Assembly: GCA_045837725.1 (NCBI GenBank)
Contig: JBEWZL010000121.1
Coordinates: 372,001-436,000 of the forward strand
DNA: 64,000 bases
Direction of reading: 5' to 3'
DNA from: Vermamoeba vermiformis
Lineage: Eukaryota
The notes beneath the pieces are model-generated. The model saw only the letters and a list, made by a program, of their open reading frames with translations, did no database searches and was not told the origin of the DNA. This document shows positions 59,082 through 64,000 of the stretch, in pieces. The number at the start of each line of letters is the position of its first letter. The stretch's first letter is position 1. The position numbers and the translations under genes are program-made.

Positions 59082-62000
59082 TTAGATCATAAGAACCACG
59101 GCGAAAAGAACCGCCAAAACGGATGCAACAATTGATGTAGCGCTCGAAGCAACACCTCCTTGGCATTGATCAGGGGTCATGATAACTTGATTGGCAGGGC
59201 AAGTCGCCAAAGAAGGATCTTCATTAACGAGAGCAGGATCGATCGTGCAGCTGTGAGTAGTCAAACACCAACCGCAAGCATCTAAAAAATATACATTAAT
59301 TAATAAATAATTTAAATAGCCATAAATCGTGAAAGCTGTTTGATTCAAGTTATTTGGCGCGGATTTGCCCTGCTTACCGTCAACACGAGTGCAGCTATCG
59401 CAATCACTCTCAAAGTTGTTGCAATCGAATCTCTCTTGCACGGGGAGTTGGCTAGCAAAGCCAGTAACGATGTCTTGTTCAATACCAGAGCGGCTGTGGA
59501 TCTCAACGAACGAATCCACAAGGTTGCTGCCGTTGGTGCGAGAACCGTCGGTGATTTCCAAAGTAACAGACAAAATTTCACCAATGTCATTGACGCGCAC
59601 AATCTCGTGGAGATCACTGTTGGTCAAAGTGACGTCTTGTTGCTCGCCGGTCATGCCGTGAAGAGTCATGTGAACACCGCGCAAGGTGTTGATGGCGTTT
59701 CTAGCGTGCACGGAAACGTCAAGCTGAACAGGCTTGGAGATGACAAACACATCAGAGAGATCGCTGTTGGTCGGATCGTTCATGGAGGTAACGCGCACTT
59801 GATAGTAGACCCAGCTGCCACGGACCTTGTTGTCCAAGAACCAGTCGAGTTGACCAGTGTTGGGGACTGCAATCGGTTAGTTGGCGTGTGCTACTGACCT
59901 ATAACACGTGATACTCACGATAAGGAGTCTCTTTGGAAGTACCATAAGGCTCAACAACATTCAACCAGGAAGACCTACTTCGTGTTAGCGGCGAACAATA
60001 CAGCATGTTATTTAACGTACCAAGCGTATTCACGGAAGTTAATATGGTCCTTGTCAGCATCAATGTCTTTGTTGTTCGAGTAAATGGCATAGCGGTATTG
60101 AACTACGACGTTAGAATCAACGCGTCCACCAGTCCATTCGATGTTCACGGTATCACCATTGTGGAACATTTCACCAATAAGAGGCTTGTTGATGATAATA
60201 GGATAGTCGTCGCAAGGGAATGCATTGCACGAAGCAATTGTCAAGCTGAAGATAAGTCAGTTTGACACGTGTCAAGTCTGGAGGCGAGAATCAACTTACT
60301 CAGAAGCCAACATAGCGCAAATGTCCTCGGCCATAACAGTGCCGTCTTGGGCCAAGCACTTGATCGATCGTTCTTTGATACCAGAACCACATTCTTGAGA
60401 GCAAGAAGACCAAGCGCTGTAGAGCACAACAGGCGAGTCTGACATGGACTTGGAGCTCAAAGTGACTTCAACGAGGGCGTAGTTAGCGTAGTCCTCAGAA
60501 AACACGGCAATTTTCATGGAGCTGGCAGGAATGTTCGAAGGAATAGTCCAAGTGTAAGATCCGGTGTTCAAGATGGCTGCAGTAGGAAGACCAGCACCGT
60601 TGAACCTACGGGCTAAGTAAGTACCAGATACCTATAATATACCTGTAAAATGCGAGACTTACCAGTTTTCACCGTCCCAAGAAATGAAGAGCCAAACCTT
60701 GCCGTTGCGAGTGTTAGAAGCACCGCCAGTCCATCGAATCTGGACTTGGTTGGCAACAGAAGAGCGATCAGCCGGGCTAAGGATTCTGATAGCAGGCTGT
60801 GCCTCGCAAGTAGCGTACTTAGGCTCAGCGCATGTAAGATCAGAAGATGCACGCAACGCATGAGGACGAGCTGCCGCACCAGTAGCCTACGACGGAGTTA
60901 GCAATGATGAGCACAGAGAATGGAAGAATTGGACTTACAGCTAGCAGAAGAGAGACACTCGCCGCAGGTTGAGAACGAAGGGCAGCGAGCCTCACCGCAG
61001 CCAACAGTTGAAGCACAAGTTCTGTTGGTGTCCGGTCGAAGTTCGGGCACGCACAAGCTGCAACAAACTGTTATTCAAGCCTTACAAGAGCACGAACCAA
61101 CAGTGCTTACCTGTCACTAACGACATCACCGAAGTTGCTGACGCAAGAAATACGGCGAGTTTGCACACCTTCACCGCAAGTGCTCGAGCAAGCTGTCCAA
61201 TCTTCAGCATTCCAGAAGAAATACTCTTCAGCAGCACGCTTTCTTCTGATAGGAATGCAGCCACGGCAACGAGCGCAGTTCAAATCAGTTTGAGGGATGA
61301 GAGTGGGAGTCATACTCCAAGGCAAACGGCCACCAAAGTTCCAAGTGGCGCGCATCAAGCTGATCGGATCCAAACGCAACAAGCCATCAACACCGTAGTG
61401 GGTAGAGAAGAACGGGTTGACTTGAGGAGTGCAGAGTGATTGACGGCCAGCCAAGAGATTGGCACCAATGTAAGGACGGATTTGGATCACGAAAGGCACG
61501 GTGTCCCAAAGACGCAGAGTCAACTCAGGGTTGATGGTCACTCTGAAAGTCGCCGAACCAGTAGCAGTGAATTGTTGGTTGGTGATGGTGAAAGCGGGAG
61601 GGTTGAATTGGCGGAAAGGCTCAAATCTGGCCAAAAGTTAGACCTGCATCTGAATCTCGAGCAAACCGAACTTGCCTGTTGCCATCGCGAACGAAGCGAA
61701 CACCCATGTTAATGCTAGTAGTGCCAACGGCGGTGATCGAAGCGTCAGCACGGCCAGCAGCTTCCAAGCGACCAGTAATGGAAAGAGCAGCGCGAGGAAC
61801 TGAGATCAAAAAAAAGATTAATGAAGGTAATAAATGGAATATTCCTTCCAAGCGAACGACTAACGCGACATGATCGAGCATTAGACATTAAAGAGAAAGG
61901 TTAAGACAACGAAGTAGGCGCTTGAGTTCCATGTTTTTCGCAACGGATCTCTCGTCAGAATTGATTATGGGACTCTTGGACTGCTTCCCTAAAGCATTTG

Positions 62001-63398
62001 TAACCGTTTCATGGACTTACCAATGGTCACGGGAACAGGACCAATCGAGAAAGCAAGAGTAGGCAAGTTAACGCCATTAACAACAGTAATGGTACGAGTG
62101 TTGGTGACGGCGAATTGGGCGAAGGCAGCAAGTGACACCTGGAGTCGGTTGCAATGAGTTACATATTCAATGAACGAAGCATGACGGGGTGTACGTACAC
62201 CTAATTCAGCGTTACCAAAAGCGCGCAACATGAAGCGATCCAAACGAGGCAAGATCTGAGTCAAGCGGAAGGCAGTGATGCCAATGTCGAACTCAACACC
62301 AACGTTGCTGGTGAAATAGCAGCGAGGGCAAGTGATTTGGAAGGCAGTACCTGACAACCAACGTTAATAACGATGCACATCCGGCGTCAAAGTGTCTGGG
62401 TATTATGATCAATGACGTACCACTTTGCACGATGGTATGGGCACGAGGATTGGGGAAGTTGACATTCCAGGGCACGTTCCATCGTCTGTTGAATCGGATG
62501 TTCTCGTCACGCTTCAAGCTGGTCTCAGCGGCTTCAACGCGCAACTTGATGTTGGCCTCGACGAAGCAGTCAGTGAAGTCCCTATAATATTGCAAATCCG
62601 TTGAGATACGCACATAGCCGACAAGTACTGTCACATTTGTGAATCTGAAAGTTCTACGTACTTTTTGACAGTAGCAAGAGTCAAGGTTTTGACGTCGGAT
62701 GCGATGACTTCGGTGACCTCTCTGTAGAAAGAGATAGGAGCCTCATCGACTTCAGACAAGCAGTTCCACTTCAAACCACCTGCCAACAACTTTCCAACCC
62801 AGTTGTCTTGAGGAACATCTTTGGCGTTGGAAAACTCGATCTAAAAATGTGTTGACATTTTGGAACATTCCATATTCGTGCCCAAATGTGACCTACCTTG
62901 ATACTATTAGCGAAGCACGAAACCGATTGAACTGAGGACTCGTGGTCTAAGCTGATCAAATTCTCGACAGTCATGACGTCGTATTTGAGCTGGAATGCAG
63001 GTAATTCATCGCTGTCATCATTCTTGACCGATAAGTCCAGTGTATAATTGCGAGGAGCATCTTTAACTGGAATAATGTTGCTGTGCACCAACGTGTCAAA
63101 TTGATCTTGATCTTCGTGTCAAAATAAATATTATCAGTATTCAATCATTTATGCTACAAAGTTGTCTATTACGCTATTAAAAATTAAATATTAACGGTAT
63201 TGGCCGTTATTAATCGTAAATGTCCTTTCCGTAATCAACTAAAAATAAATATCGGCAGATGTGGCTTTGTCGCCTAATGCTGAATTAACTTGTGGCGCTT
63301 TCGTCATATTATATACTATCACATATCCTCCTACCTAAAGTCATTGCTTGAACTCCGAAAGCGAAGACCAAGCAGATGAGCAACACCTTCATGAACAT
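59082..63398 (-). CDS. Large secreted/GPI-type surface protein with thrombospondin-1 repeats and PSI-like Cys-rich modules; many exons
   Basis: Signal MFMKVLLICLVFAFGVQA; WTACSSTCGEGVQTRRISC, WSSCSQECGSGIKERSIKC; DCDSCTRVDACGWCLTTHSC; hydrophobic C-terminus. Confidence 0.82.
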
Positions 63399-63664
63399 TG
63401 TTCGTCGTTGTTGAATCAACTAACAATGTAGATTGGTGAGTGTTGGTGTCACGTTAAAAAATAATTGGCAGATAGATTTTCGAGACCTGGTGAAGTTTCC
63501 TATCGGAGAAATTGCTGGGCTGTCGTTTTTTTGGCAATTTTAATAGACGTGCATAAGAATATAACGAGCTAATATAAATGGGCAAGTAGTATTTGATATT
63601 GTATTTGACAGCTAGATTACAAGGCAGTATGGTATAATACACGCTAACGATGATTTTTTTTTGC

Positions 63665-64000
63665 TCATCCGCCGTGTTTGCCGTGCTTGCCCTCGAGTTT
63701 CAAATATCTCTTGGCGAATTCGTAGGTGAGATAAGTGACCCAGTTGGCAGGAACAGTCTTCAACAAGGCAGGACCAACACCGCGGTACAAGCCGAACGCT
63801 CCTTCCTTGCGCACAGTCTTGACCATCACATCCATCAGACCGCTGTACTTTTCTTGCCCAGGCAAGTGTTGACAGATCAGTCGGGCCTTGAACACGTGCA
63901 AAGGATACGAGACTAATTGGCCACAAATGCTGGAGGCAGTGCTGCATGCCAACAAGTGCCACACCTTCGGTTGCTTTTCACCAGTGACCTTGAGAATGTC
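63665..64000 (-). CDS. Mitochondrial carrier (SLC25; SCaMC/ATP-Mg/Pi-like third repeat), 3' end only
   Basis: LLACSTASSICGQLVSYPLHVFKARL...YSGLMD...EGAFGLYRG..P.LLKTVPA...Y.TYE. Confidence 0.88.
   Translation of the reverse strand, partial: DILKVTGEKQPKVWHLLACSTASSICGQLVSYPLHVFKARLICQHLPGQEKYSGLMDVMVKTVRKEGAFGLYRGVGPALLKTVPANWVTYLTYEFAKRYLKLEGKHGKHGG

Noticed and set aside
1-64000. CRISPR arrays, tRNAs, transposases, prokaryotic operons
   Set aside because: None seen. Genes are spliced and eukaryotic, and the prokaryote-like genes carry introns, so they are not contamination.

Overview
Gene-dense, intron-rich eukaryotic genomic DNA. Short GT-AG introns, a GH25 lysozyme, a MICAL-like gene and several prokaryote-type genes suggest a free-living amoeboid protist; this is an inference. 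About 27 spliced genes were assembled by hand, so the coordinates are start-to-stop spans that include introns. They include an alphaproteobacterial-type isocitrate dehydrogenase with a mitochondrial presequence, an FHA-PARP protein, a 2OG-Fe(II) oxygenase, a P450, an R3H/G-patch protein, an amidohydrolase and a tandem pair of GPI-type surface proteins with a bacterial-like domain. They also include F-box/LRR, FANCD2-like, HGSNAT-like, orphan actin-related, 5'-nucleotidase, TreT-like trehalose synthase, FBXO11-like, PA-7TM and TSP1 surface protein genes, plus a mitochondrial carrier. The most striking element is a complete 5S rRNA gene nested sense-strand in an intron of the TreT-like gene. 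It is preceded in the same intron by a 68-nt degenerate antisense copy of its own 5' half, rich in G-U-compatible changes, that could fold back onto it in the pre-mRNA. Also notable are an unexplained ~700-nt structured intergenic region (51400-52100) and a recurrent non-coding AGATCCG motif. All family assignments come from recalled motifs, not database searches.
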